DNA of 44,899 bases from Bacillales bacterium (GTDB taxonomy: Bacteria; Bacillota_I; Bacilli_A; RFN20; CAG-826): NCBI GenBank assembly GCA_016287465.1, contig JAEEWP010000003.1:1-44899 (forward strand), in the 5' to 3' direction. Both the position numbers and the translations under genes were made by a program. The notes under the pieces were generated by a model that was given only the letters and a program-made list of their open reading frames with translations, made no database searches and had not been told where the DNA came from. Shown here piece after piece: positions 16,825 through 27,624 of this stretch. Each line of letters begins with the position of its first letter. Within the stretch, counting starts at the first letter, position 1.

Positions 16825-17691
16825 ATGAAAAAGAAAAAAGAAGAAGTTCAGTCTGAACAGCCAGAGTTAGAACAGCCAGAGTTAGAACAACCGGTTGAAG
16901 AACCGAAGGAAGCTGAAGAACCAAAAGAGGTCGAAGAAGCTTCTGAACCTGTCGCCGAAGAAGAGGAACCAAAGAAGGAAAAGAAGGGAATGCCTCTTGT
17001 CCTTAAGTTCATCATCTTTGAGCTCATCACCCTCATCATCGCTTTAGGCGCACATTTCTGCTTGCTCCAGTTCGTTGCTCCTCTTATGGAATTAAACGAA
17101 GTCTTGGAATGGGCGATCATGACAGTCGGCGCATTTGTACTTTACTTAGTCGCCGGTTATCTCTTTAACCATCTCATCGTCTTCAAAGGCAAAGGAAAGA
17201 CCACTTTCCCGAAATTCCTTTTGAGCGCTTTCCTTGGATGGGTCATCTGCATGGCACTTATCCATCTTGGCGTCTTCCTTACTAAACTTATCGTTCCAAC
17301 CAACCCTCTCCATTACAGCCTTACCGCTCTTAGCATCGGCCACGTCATCGCTCATGGTGGCAAATCCACCCCAAGTGGACTTGGAATCCTTGCCATCGCT
17401 CTTGTTATCACGATGGTCTACAGCTTCTTGATCAGATACTTCTTCGTCTTCAGAGGCGAGAAAGCCGTCAAGAAAGAAGAAGAGGTCGTCGAAGAAGAGC
17501 CAAAGGAAGAGAAATATCTTACCCACGCTTCCTTCCGCCAGATCGTCAAAGAGGAACTCGACAAGTTCTATACATCAAAGAAGAAATACGTCTACCATAG
17601 CCAAGCTCAATCCATCATCGATGAAGAAATCGATGTGTACGATAAGAAGCACGGCAAAAAGGAAGAAGAGAAAAAAGAGGAAGAAAAATAA
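16825..17691 (+). CDS. GtrA-like membrane protein with Glu/Lys-rich termini
   Basis: Four TM helices with YLFNHLIVFK and YSFLIRYFFVF, the pattern seen in GtrA proteins. Confidence 0.6.
   Translation: MKKKKEEVQSEQPELEQPELEQPVEEPKEAEEPKEVEEASEPVAEEEEPKKEKKGMPLVLKFIIFELITLIIALGAHFCLLQFVAPLMELNEVLEWAIMTVGAFVLYLVAGYLFNHLIVFKGKGKTTFPKFLLSAFLGWVICMALIHLGVFLTKLIVPTNPLHYSLTALSIGHVIAHGGKSTPSGLGILAIALVITMVYSFLIRYFFVFRGEKAVKKEEEVVEEEPKEEKYLTHASFRQIVKEELDKFYTSKKKYVYHSQAQSIIDEEIDVYDKKHGKKEEEKKEEEK
16855..16893 (+). repeat. 15-bp coding tandem repeat (EQPEL)
   Basis: GAACAGCCAGAGTTA twice exactly, plus a degenerate third unit. Confidence 0.85.
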
Positions 17692-17703
17692 TCTCGAGAA
17701 ATT

Positions 17704-17734
17704 AGCAGCCGCCAAAACGGCTGCTTTTCTTTTT
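17704..17734 (+). terminator. Rho-independent terminator
   Basis: AGCAGCCG-ccaaaa-CGGCTGCT followed by a T tract. Confidence 0.85.
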
Positions 17735-17768
17735 GTCTATCCTCTCCATCTAGACTAAAATACATACG

Positions 17769-18926
17769 ATGAAAATCGGTATTATCGGCAGTGGTCCAAG
17801 CGGACTTTATCTCTCCATCTTTTTGAAAATCAAACACCCTGAATCAGAAGTGGTGGTTTTTGAAAAGGAAAGCAAGCTTTCCAAAAAGCTTTATGCGACC
17901 GGAAACGGACACTGCAATTTACTCAACAAGAACCTCACCAAGGATAAGTACAACCACCCTGATTTCATGGCGCCTATCCTTGAGAAATATGGATACCCAT
18001 TCCTTGAAGGCGTTCTTAAGAGCCTTGGCATCGAACTAACCGCTAATGGCGACTATGTTTACCCTCTCTCTGAGAGCGCGCCTTCGTACGCTTTATACCT
18101 CAAGAAGCTCGCTGAGAAGGTCGGCGTTACCTTTGTAACGGAAACCAGAGTCCTTGATTATAAAGCCGAAGAAAAAGAGATCGAAGTCAAGACAGACAAG
18201 AAGAGCTTTATCTTTGATAAACTCGTCATTGCCACCGGTGGAAAGAGCGATCCTAAACTTGGAAGCGATGGAAGCTTCTATGAGATCCTGAAGAAGCACG
18301 GATATTCAATCATTGAGCCAATCCCTGGCTTAACCCCTCTTGCCCTTACCGACAAAGACATCAAACCTCTTGCTGGTGTCCGTCATAAAGCAAACGTCAA
18401 AGCCTTCCTTGGTAAAGAGAAGATCTTCGATGAGAATGGCGAGGTTCTTTATAAGAACGACGGCATCTCTGGCATCGTCATCTTCAACGCCGAGAGTGCA
18501 ATCTACCGTCACAAGAACCCAAAAGACATAGAGTTAGTGGTGGACCTCTTCCCAGAATGGAGTTTCGAGGAACTCATGGGAAGGCTTGCCCATGATGAAG
18601 CCCTCAACAGTAAGTTCTATCTCGACTCCTACTTAGTAGAGCCTCTTCAGAAACACATCCTTAGCCGTTCAAAAGGAAACGATGCTTTATGCATCGCAAC
18701 CTCAATGAAGAACCTTAGGTATTCGGTTAAAGATCATTACGGTTTCGATTATTCCCAGGTCACGATTGGTGGCCTTTCACTAAAAGATGTCGATGAGAAT
18801 CTTTCTTCGACAAAAGAAAAAGGCGTCTATCTCATCGGTGAACTCCTTGACGTTGATGGCGATTGCGGTGGTTACAATCTCACTTGGTCGTTACTCAGCG
18901 CAATCATTGTCTTCAAAGCCCTCTAA
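17769..18926 (+). CDS. HI0933/YhiN/BaiN-family flavoprotein oxidoreductase
   Basis: IIGSGPSG, KLYATGNGHCN, ATGGKS..GSDG, GISG, QVTIGG, GELLDVDGDCGGYNL. Confidence 0.9.
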   Translation: MKIGIIGSGPSGLYLSIFLKIKHPESEVVVFEKESKLSKKLYATGNGHCNLLNKNLTKDKYNHPDFMAPILEKYGYPFLEGVLKSLGIELTANGDYVYPLSESAPSYALYLKKLAEKVGVTFVTETRVLDYKAEEKEIEVKTDKKSFIFDKLVIATGGKSDPKLGSDGSFYEILKKHGYSIIEPIPGLTPLALTDKDIKPLAGVRHKANVKAFLGKEKIFDENGEVLYKNDGISGIVIFNAESAIYRHKNPKDIELVVDLFPEWSFEELMGRLAHDEALNSKFYLDSYLVEPLQKHILSRSKGNDALCIATSMKNLRYSVKDHYGFDYSQVTIGGLSLKDVDENLSSTKEKGVYLIGELLDVDGDCGGYNLTWSLLSAIIVFKAL

Positions 18927-19113
18927 AAACATAAAATCCTTGGCAAAAACCGCTTAAATTTTGGAAAATGCTCGATTTTTGCGAAGGATTTTTTTGAGGG
19001 GAATTAAAAGAAATTCCCCTTTGATAATTGACTATCTTTTCAAGATAGACTTAAATAATGAAGTTGCACGGCTTCCCGTAATTTTTTGAAGCCCCCTGCG
19101 AGCGAGGTTGTTT

Positions 19114-20073
19114 ATGAAATATGCAAACACATCCAGAACCTTGAGCTTCTTAGCACACCTTCTCATCGTTCTCGCCTTTGGTGCCCTTGGCCTTTACTTC
19201 GGCGCTTTCGTTGTTCCTGAGTACTTCGGAACCGATCCAAAATACTTTGCCGAATTCTTGTTCGATGGTGCCTATCTCCTTTACCTAGAACTTGCTGTTG
19301 TCGGTCTCAGCTTTGCTGTCATCTCCGGCTATGGCCTCTTCCATGCCGTCAAAGGTCTTATGAACCCACGTGATGATGAACCAGTCGTCAAAGCCCTTAC
19401 CACTCTTATCGTTGAAGGCTGGGCCGCCGCGATCTTCTTCCTCCTCCAGGCTGTTTTATTCTTCGACCTCACCGGAAGCAATGGTGCTGACAGTAACTTA
19501 GTCTTCGTCATCATCATGTCTCTTCTCATCGCCATCATCCTTCTCATCGCTACCAACATCCCAATGGTCAAGCTCTACGATGGCAAGGATCAGAAACCTC
19601 TTCTCCGTGGTTTCATCGGTGGTGCTATGGTCTTCACCGCTGCTATTGCCCTTGAAGCTGGCCTCAGCCTCTTGGTCAACGCTACCAACTCTTCCCTCAA
19701 CGTTTGGAAGCAGAGTGAAATCAACCTCCTTCTCCTTACCGTTACCCTTGCTAACTTAGTCGCCTTTGTCCTTCTCCTTCTTGCTTGGCTCAACAACTTC
19801 AAGAACGGAAACAAACTCCCAGGCTTCATGGCTGGTGGCGCTGTCATTGCCGTTGGCATCGGCCTCATCATCTATGGTGTTCTCACCATCGTCTGGAGAG
19901 ACAACGGCATCCATCTCAACTACGCTCTCGAAAGCGGAAAGAATTATGTCTTCGGTGCTAAGTGGGGATATGGCTTCCCAATCATGAACCTCGTCGTCGG
20001 TGCTGTTACCTGCGCCCTTGGCGGATACGTCATGATCGCTGGCAGCAAAGCTGAGCTTGCTAAAAGAGCCTAA
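19114..20073 (+). CDS. Hypothetical multi-pass membrane protein
   Basis: About 8 hydrophobic segments; codon usage resembles the highly expressed genes; followed by a terminator. Confidence 0.8.
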   Translation: MKYANTSRTLSFLAHLLIVLAFGALGLYFGAFVVPEYFGTDPKYFAEFLFDGAYLLYLELAVVGLSFAVISGYGLFHAVKGLMNPRDDEPVVKALTTLIVEGWAAAIFFLLQAVLFFDLTGSNGADSNLVFVIIMSLLIAIILLIATNIPMVKLYDGKDQKPLLRGFIGGAMVFTAAIALEAGLSLLVNATNSSLNVWKQSEINLLLLTVTLANLVAFVLLLLAWLNNFKNGNKLPGFMAGGAVIAVGIGLIIYGVLTIVWRDNGIHLNYALESGKNYVFGAKWGYGFPIMNLVVGAVTCALGGYVMIAGSKAELAKRA

Positions 20074-20089
20074 TCGAAATTAGAAAAAC

Positions 20090-20114
20090 AAAACGCCTCG
20101 CATTGAGGCGTTTT
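20090..20114. terminator. Bidirectional terminator
   Basis: AAAACGCCTC-gcatt-GAGGCGTTTT. Confidence 0.85.
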
Positions 20115-20118
20115 TCTT

Positions 20119-20958
20119 TTACCAATCTTTCTTTGGTTTCTCCATTCCGTATCTCTCGAACGGGAAATGTTCAAGGTAATAGTCGTAATCGATGTCGAAG
20201 CAGTGGCGTTTATATTCCTTATGCATCCTGCCAATCATCCATGGCTTAACAGGGTTATAGAACTTCCATATCCTTCTAGGATAATGGCTGATGACTGTGT
20301 CTTCTAAGACATCCCTTTGATCATTGAATTTGGTAGGCATGACCATGTGAGAAACGTTTTTCTTATTGAGAGCGTCCTGGTCCGGGAAGAAAGCTTTCTT
20401 CGTCTTAACGAATTCAATGCACTTCTCGAATAGTCCGGTCTCTCTGCATTTCCTCATATTGAAGTAGAGGACACCCGAGTTGAAATAGTTCTTGTTCTTC
20501 CAGGTCTTTCCTAGGTAATCAAGGACCGCACCAAACTCATGGTCTGTTATGTCGTTCTCACGGATGTTCTCAATTGGGTTATAGATGAGGGTGTCGCCAT
20601 CAAGATAGAGAAGCTCATCTATATCCTTTGGAAGGATTCTTTCTGCGAAGAGTCTTAATAGACACATCGGAGGGAAGAAGACGTTCTTGTTGTTAGGGCT
20701 GTTCTTGAATTCTTCCTCAAACATCTTTGAAGCGTCATAGAGGGTGACCTCGTTCTCTTCGTTGAAGTCTTTGAGCATCTTCTCTAAAAGCAACCTATCT
20801 TCCTCGTCCATGCCGATGGTTTTGCCCATGGTCATAGAAAATACATGGATTTTGATAGGGTTTTTGGTTCTTCTGGCCATGCTTTCGAGGGAAAGGAAAA
20901 GGGCCATGGTATAGCCTTTGTTTCCTGCGTATAAGATGTGTAATGGACCTTTATACAT
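20119..20958 (-). CDS. Glycosyltransferase family 8
   Basis: LRLF, YLDGD (DxD), YFNSGVL, DQDALN, ISHY, KPW. Confidence 0.88.
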   Translation of the reverse strand: MYKGPLHILYAGNKGYTMALFLSLESMARRTKNPIKIHVFSMTMGKTIGMDEEDRLLLEKMLKDFNEENEVTLYDASKMFEEEFKNSPNNKNVFFPPMCLLRLFAERILPKDIDELLYLDGDTLIYNPIENIRENDITDHEFGAVLDYLGKTWKNKNYFNSGVLYFNMRKCRETGLFEKCIEFVKTKKAFFPDQDALNKKNVSHMVMPTKFNDQRDVLEDTVISHYPRRIWKFYNPVKPWMIGRMHKEYKRHCFDIDYDYYLEHFPFERYGMEKPKKDW

Positions 20959-22102
20959 TAGTGGTTTCCTTTGGTGTTTCCTCTAACTGCGACAAGGCTT
21001 TCTTGTCACGGGCTTGGAAGACGCAGACGAAGGCGAATGAGATAAGAAGGGTGAAGTAATAAGTGACGAGTCTCCAAAGGAGAGATAAGGCCAAGGCCGC
21101 TCCAGAAGCAGTGGTCATTAAGCAGACAGAGGAGATGACGATTGAGAAAGCGTACTCAATGCCTCCGGTTCCTCCTGGGGTTGGAACCCAAACGACAGCG
21201 GTGATCGCAAACGAAGTCGAGAATAAGACGATCATGAGATTAACGAACTCGTTATCACTCAAAGTGATATTGAGGCCGACTGCCTTAATAAGGAAATAAG
21301 GGATGAGATAGTAAGCGAGCATCGTCACTATCTTGATAAGGAGAGAGAAGATGAAGGTCTTCTTGTGAACCCAGATAGAACGGAATCCGATCTGAGCATT
21401 TTCGCAGTACGCTTCAAAGGAAGGAATGAGCTTGGCGAAATGCTTATTAAGGAATTTAGGCTTGGTAAGGAATTTGATTATAGCGATGATTCCATTCTTT
21501 AGATGCTTGCTGGTTCCAAGGGCAATCATGAAAAGGAGAACTAAGAAGTTGATGGTGTAGCCAACGATGGCAACGTACTTGGCCCATTCCATATTCAAAG
21601 CGGCTAAACCTTGAGTGATTTGCGGATAGAAGAATAAGGAAACAAAGGCGATCAAATTGGTCGCAATCATAAAGGTAACAAAGTTAGCTAAGACAGCACT
21701 AGTCCCAACTGAAGCGGAAGTGCCTCTCTTGGTGAAGGAATAAATCTGGAATGGCTGTCCTCCTGTAGCGAACGGAGTGACGCCGTTATAGAAATGCTCG
21801 GAGCAGCCGATAAAATAGGCATCCGTTTTGGAGATATCCGATCCTGCGGCTTTGGCAAAGAGGTTCAAAGTGATTGGCCAAAGAAGGAAGTAGACGATGA
21901 CTGCGCCGAAGGCGGCAAGCAACCAAAGCCAATTGGTTCCCTCTGCAATCTGAGATAGGGTTTCACCAATCTTCTGGATCTCGCCTAACGATAAGAAAAG
22001 AGTAAGCACGAGAGCGCTTAATAGAACGAGGAATATGATGTTGCTGATTAAGCTTTTCTTGTTCTTCTTCTGAGTGGTTTTGACTTCGCCTTGCTCATTC
22101 AT
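20951..22102 (-). CDS. Lysylphosphatidylglycerol-synthase TM / flippase-like protein (UPF0104)
   Basis: FYNGVTPFATGGQPFQ, VPTPGGTGGIE, LLWRLVTYY. Confidence 0.88.
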   Translation of the reverse strand: MNEQGEVKTTQKKNKKSLISNIIFLVLLSALVLTLFLSLGEIQKIGETLSQIAEGTNWLWLLAAFGAVIVYFLLWPITLNLFAKAAGSDISKTDAYFIGCSEHFYNGVTPFATGGQPFQIYSFTKRGTSASVGTSAVLANFVTFMIATNLIAFVSLFFYPQITQGLAALNMEWAKYVAIVGYTINFLVLLFMIALGTSKHLKNGIIAIIKFLTKPKFLNKHFAKLIPSFEAYCENAQIGFRSIWVHKKTFIFSLLIKIVTMLAYYLIPYFLIKAVGLNITLSDNEFVNLMIVLFSTSFAITAVVWVPTPGGTGGIEYAFSIVISSVCLMTTASGAALALSLLWRLVTYYFTLLISFAFVCVFQARDKKALSQLEETPKETTNV

Positions 22103-22212
22103 ACCTGAAGATTATATCTTCGTTCGCCACTCTTGCCTAGATACCCTAGGCTTCGTTTTCCTAGACAAAAAGCCAAAAATCCGCTGCAAAAACCGCTTGT
22201 TTTTACTTTTCT

Positions 22213-22241
22213 TTGCAACTATTTGGCTTTCATATTAAGAT
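22213..22241 (+). promoter_or_regulatory. sigmaA promoter of queT
   Basis: TTGCAA-17-TAAGAT directly upstream of the riboswitch. Confidence 0.7.
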
Positions 22242-22248
22242 TTCTCCA

Positions 22249-22290
22249 ACGTGTTGCTCCTCTTGCTCCACGTATAAAAAACAGGGAGGG
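22249..22290 (+). ncRNA. preQ1 class I riboswitch
   Basis: P1 ACGTG/CACGT, a loop ending in C, then an ATAAAAAAC tail running into the SD (AGGGAGG); upstream of queT. Confidence 0.78.
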
Positions 22291-22297
22291 CCTTACA

Positions 22298-22849
22298 ATG
22301 GCTCATAATGAATCTAAACCTTCTGGCGGACGTTTCACCGTTCGCATGATAGCTGAGAACTCTATCATCGCCGCTCTCTATGTGGTGCTTACTTTACTAG
22401 TTCCCGCATTGTCCTTTGGACCAATCCAATGTCGCTTCTCTGAAGCGCTCGTTCTCCTTTGCTTCTGGAGACCGGACATCACCATCGGTTTAACGATCGG
22501 CTGTCTTATCTCAAACGGCATCGGTGCAGCGCTTGGTGTTAACTTCGCAATCGATATGGTGTTCGGAACGTTAGCCACGCTCCTTTCATGTTTACTCATT
22601 TCCTTCTTCTCCAAGAGACTTTTCATCGCTTGGGTTTGGCCAGTGCTCTTCAATGCCGTCATCGTTGGTACTGAGCTTTATCTCTTAGGAGTCATGGGTG
22701 ATCTAACTCTTTGGCAGAACATCCTTTATGTCGGTATTGGCGAAACAATCGCCATGGCTGCCGGCTACGCTTTATGGGCTATTCTTGCCCACATGAAATT
22801 CTTCAATACGGTTTTCATGCCAACTCGCCATCAAGACGTTAAGTGGTAA
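22298..22849 (+). CDS. queT: QueT queuosine-precursor transporter
   Basis: IIAALYVVLT, SFGPIQCRFSEAL, GLTIGCLISN, DMVFGTLAT, NAVIVG. Start at ATG 22298. Confidence 0.9.
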   Translation: MAHNESKPSGGRFTVRMIAENSIIAALYVVLTLLVPALSFGPIQCRFSEALVLLCFWRPDITIGLTIGCLISNGIGAALGVNFAIDMVFGTLATLLSCLLISFFSKRLFIAWVWPVLFNAVIVGTELYLLGVMGDLTLWQNILYVGIGETIAMAAGYALWAILAHMKFFNTVFMPTRHQDVKW

Positions 22850-22882
22850 TAGGCATTTGCCTATTGTCCTTTGAGGAATTAG

Positions 22883-24022
<1,140 letters not shown>

Positions 24023-25081
24023 ATGGACATCTCATTATTCGACTATAACCTTCCTGAAGAACTTATTGCCCAATCCCCGATGCAGCAGCGTGATGAATGC
24101 CGCTTGCTCGTCGTCGATAGGGAAAATAAGCAGTTTTTGCATAGGAAATTTCACGACATCATTGACTATATCGGCCCAAATGATGTTCTCGTAAGAAACA
24201 ATACCAAGGTCATTCCTGCTAGACTCATCGGCACCAAAGAGGCGACCGGCGGAGCAGTGGAAGTCCTTCTTTTAAAACAGCTTGAAGGTGACGAGTGGGA
24301 GTGCCTTGTTGGCAATGCCCATAGTGTCAGAGAAGGCTCTGTCTGCGTCTTTGGAAACGGCGAGCTTAAGTGTGTTTGCACAGCCGTCAAACCTGAAGGC
24401 CTCAGGAACATGAAGTTCATCTATAAAGGCATCTTCTTAGAAGTCCTTGATATGCTTGGGCAGATGCCTCTCCCTCCGTACATCAAGCAGATGTGCGCGA
24501 ATAAAGACGATTACCAAACCGTCTATGCGAAGATCCCTGGAAGCGCAGCGGCTCCAACAGCCGGATTCCATTTCACGAATGAGTTATTTGAAGAAATCAA
24601 AGCCAAAGGCGCCAAAATCATCGACGTCACTCTTAACATCGGTCTAGGAACCTTCCGTCCAGTTAAAGTAACCGACACCAAAGACCATGTCATGCATAGT
24701 GAGGTCTTTGAGATCAGCGAAGAAGCCGCAGAAGAGCTTAACAAAGCCAAGGCCGAGGGAAAGAGAATCATCGCTGTTGGAACAACCTCAGTCAGAACCT
24801 TAGAAGCCAATTATCAGAAATACGGCAAATTCGTTGCCACTAGAGAAGCCACCTCAATCTTCATTGAGCCAGGCTACGAATATAAAGCGGTGGATGCCCT
24901 CATCACGAACTTCCATCTTCCTAAGAGCACCCTCGTTATGCTCGTCAGCGCTTTCATGGGCAGAAAGTTCACACTCTCCGTCTATGAAGAAGCCGTCAAA
25001 GAAAGATACCGTTTCTTCTCCTTTGGAGACGCCATGTTCATATATGGCAAATACGACTATTCCAAAAACCTTGAGGATTAG
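24023..25081 (+). CDS. queA: SAM:tRNA ribosyltransferase-isomerase
   Basis: FDYNLPEELIAQ, PLPPYI, YQTVYA, AAPTAG, GTFRPV, TNFHLPKSTL, YRFFSFGDAM. Confidence 0.97.
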   Translation: MDISLFDYNLPEELIAQSPMQQRDECRLLVVDRENKQFLHRKFHDIIDYIGPNDVLVRNNTKVIPARLIGTKEATGGAVEVLLLKQLEGDEWECLVGNAHSVREGSVCVFGNGELKCVCTAVKPEGLRNMKFIYKGIFLEVLDMLGQMPLPPYIKQMCANKDDYQTVYAKIPGSAAAPTAGFHFTNELFEEIKAKGAKIIDVTLNIGLGTFRPVKVTDTKDHVMHSEVFEISEEAAEELNKAKAEGKRIIAVGTTSVRTLEANYQKYGKFVATREATSIFIEPGYEYKAVDALITNFHLPKSTLVMLVSAFMGRKFTLSVYEEAVKERYRFFSFGDAMFIYGKYDYSKNLED

Positions 25082-25083
25082 GG

Positions 25084-25737
25084 ATGAACATCAAGAAGCC
25101 TAACTATTACAACATCAGCCTTGAGGAGATCAAAAACCTCCATGGCGACAAGAAACCAAGGCTTCTTCTTCATGGCTGCTGCGGTCCTTGCTCTTGCTGG
25201 CCTCTCCTTTTCCTTTGCCCGCATTTCGATGTGACCATCATGTTCAATAACAGCAATATCTATCCTGAGGCGGAATATACGAAAAGACTCGAAGAGCTAA
25301 AGAGACTTCTTGAGTGCATCAAAAGAGATTTTGGTTTTGATGTTGGCCTTGTTGTCACTCCGTATGACAACGATGAATTCGATAAAGACCTCGCTCCATA
25401 TAAGGACGAGAGAGAAGGTGGGCGCCGCTGCATGATCTGCTACCGCAAGAGAATGGGTGAAGCTTATGACTATGCCGAAGAGAATGGCTTTGATTATTTC
25501 ACCACGGTCATGACCATCTCACGCCAAAAGAATTCCCTCATCCTCAATAGCATCGGCAAAGAATTAGAGGCCAAGCATTCCAAAACCAAATACTTCTATA
25601 GCGACTTCAAGAAGGATGACGGAATTGAAAAAGGCAAAGCCCTTAGAGACCAGTACGGCTTATATCAACAACTCTGCTGTGGATGCAAATACACCTACGA
25701 AGAAGGGGAACGTAGGAGAATCGAAAAAGGTTTATAA
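25084..25737 (+). CDS. queH: Epoxyqueuosine reductase QueH (DUF208)
   Basis: LLHGCCGPCS, NIYP..EY, EGGRRCMICY, YSDFKK, CGC; queuosine gene context. Confidence 0.93.
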   Translation: MNIKKPNYYNISLEEIKNLHGDKKPRLLLHGCCGPCSCWPLLFLCPHFDVTIMFNNSNIYPEAEYTKRLEELKRLLECIKRDFGFDVGLVVTPYDNDEFDKDLAPYKDEREGGRRCMICYRKRMGEAYDYAEENGFDYFTTVMTISRQKNSLILNSIGKELEAKHSKTKYFYSDFKKDDGIEKGKALRDQYGLYQQLCCGCKYTYEEGERRRIEKGL

Positions 25738-25764
25738 AAACCAAAAATCAGCTGCAAAACCGCG

Positions 25765-26376
25765 TTATTCTTTAGCTCCGGCAATCGAATCGAGACTGAT
25801 TACGCCGGTGAAAACGAGGATTGCTCCTACGATAAAACCAACACCGATAAGAGCGAAAATCCCATAGTAGATTTTCATCTTTGTGCTTTTGCCGCTAACA
25901 AGACTCTTAATGAACACAGATGAGTTTTCTGAGTTCTCTGGGATGGTTCTGTATTTGATGTATGAGTTAGGGACAATAGGTTCTTTGGACCAGAATTTGT
26001 TCGCGTGATATTTCTTTTCGTCGGTTAGCCCAATGATATCCTCAATCTTGCCCTGAATGGTCATATATTCGACTTGTCTGATGAAGTCAGAGATGAATTG
26101 CCTATATGCGATAGCGGACAGTCCGAAGATGATAAAGCCAACGCAGATCATCAAGCACCCTGCCAAGATCTTTTCTGGCAAAGCAAAACGAACGCAGGTG
26201 AAGCCTCCGCCAACAACAGCAAGCAACAAGGTTGTGAAGATACTTGTCGAATTGCGGCTTGCGGTTCTGATCTGATTCTCGCAAGACTGTGCCTCTTTGT
26301 ATAAATCGATAAAGTCCTCTTTGGTGAGGGTCATGTCTTCTTGATTGACCTTTGCTTCTATTTTCTCTTCGCCCAT
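25765..26376 (-). CDS. Hypothetical 3-TM membrane protein
   Basis: 203 aa ORF with AGGAGG SD and three hydrophobic helices. Confidence 0.75.
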   Translation of the reverse strand: MGEEKIEAKVNQEDMTLTKEDFIDLYKEAQSCENQIRTASRNSTSIFTTLLLAVVGGGFTCVRFALPEKILAGCLMICVGFIIFGLSAIAYRQFISDFIRQVEYMTIQGKIEDIIGLTDEKKYHANKFWSKEPIVPNSYIKYRTIPENSENSSVFIKSLVSGKSTKMKIYYGIFALIGVGFIVGAILVFTGVISLDSIAGAKE

Positions 26377-26442
26377 AGGAACCTCCTGAGCTTATATGTC
26401 GTTTTTCTAATTTTAGCAAAAACGTTAAAGAAAAAAGACCGC

Positions 26443-27624
26443 CTATTTCTCGGTCTTTTTCTTTCTGAAGATGCTGAACACGCTTTTTTTCGGTTTCTTC
26501 TCTTTCTTAGGCCCGTATGAGGCAGCGACTTCTTCTTTCGCGGCCTTGTAGTAGGTGAAGGCGGAGAAGAGGTTGGTCTTGAGCTTCTTCTTCGTTTCTT
26601 CGTCGTATTTCATCCAGCCTTTGATGAGAGCGATCCCCAAATCAAGTTTGCCAAGAGCCATGACCTCATAGATGGTCTTCCTGTCTTTGGCCTGAAGGAT
26701 ATCGAAGAGACATTCGGTCATGAGGACGAGATCTTCTTTGCTAAGGGAGCCAAGCCAATTGGTGAACATCGTCTGCTTGGTCTTTGAGGCATTGGAGTTT
26801 CTCTCAAGCTCAATGAGCTCGCCGGTCTCTTCGTCAAGATCCCACTTGAAGATGCTGTGCTGGAAGAATGAGGCTTTCTCGTTCGCGGATATGACTTTGT
26901 ATGAGGAGACTTGGTTGAGAAGAAGCCCGATAAGGGATTCTCCTGGAATGACTTTGTGAATTCTAGGGGTGAGTCTCTCAAGGGCTCTTTTGCTAAAGAC
27001 CTTTGGATCTTGGAATCCTGGTCCATCATGGCAATAGCAGCCTTTGAAGCGCGCGTAATATCTCCATTTCATCATGAGGGTGGCGTACATCGCGAGGTTA
27101 CCGCCTTTGCTATGACCGATAATGGTGAATGGGAAAAGACGATGTTTGACGATCTTAGTGACATAATCCTTCGCAAGTTTCTGGGAAGGAATCTCTTTCA
27201 TGGTCGCGAGGTTGCAGTCCTCTTTCCATCCAACAAGGCTTCCATCCGTGCCACGGAAGACGATATATCTCATCGGTCCTTTGCCAACGAAGGTCATCGC
27301 CATGTATTGGATGCATCTATCGACGCTAAAAACGGATTCGATGTGCCCGATCTTCAAAGAGGAGAAGCGGGGGCACTCAAGAATCTTGAGCCAGAACTCG
27401 CCATATCTCACTGGATCGCTCGTTCCATGAGAAAGAAGGGTCTTGTCGGCAAGGCTAGCGAATCTCGTCAATTCGACGTATTCGTCTCCACCCGCCAAAG
27501 CGGAGAAGCCATATTCGAACTTGAGGTAGCTTAACTGGGAAAAGACAAGGCTGTCGGTCTCAGAGAAAGGTCTCTCCTCGAAACTCGTTTTGCCATATTT
27601 ATCCAAGTATCCAAAGATATCCAT
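26443..27624 (-). CDS. DUF2974 (Mbeg1-like) alpha/beta hydrolase
   Basis: DSLVFSQLSY, FRGTDGSLVGWKED, GHSKGGNLA, DGPGF, QHSIFKW. Confidence 0.88.
   Translation of the reverse strand: MDIFGYLDKYGKTSFEERPFSETDSLVFSQLSYLKFEYGFSALAGGDEYVELTRFASLADKTLLSHGTSDPVRYGEFWLKILECPRFSSLKIGHIESVFSVDRCIQYMAMTFVGKGPMRYIVFRGTDGSLVGWKEDCNLATMKEIPSQKLAKDYVTKIVKHRLFPFTIIGHSKGGNLAMYATLMMKWRYYARFKGCYCHDGPGFQDPKVFSKRALERLTPRIHKVIPGESLIGLLLNQVSSYKVISANEKASFFQHSIFKWDLDEETGELIELERNSNASKTKQTMFTNWLGSLSKEDLVLMTECLFDILQAKDRKTIYEVMALGKLDLGIALIKGWMKYDEETKKKLKTNLFSAFTYYKAAKEEVAASYGPKKEKKPKKSVFSIFRKKKTEK

Noticed and set aside
16855-16893. Tandem repeats as a possible CRISPR array
   Set aside because: In-frame coding repeats with no spacers, and no cas genes in the window.
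22133-22297. 55-codon N-terminal extension of queT in the ORF track
   Set aside because: It spans the promoter and riboswitch; the SD supports ATG 22298.
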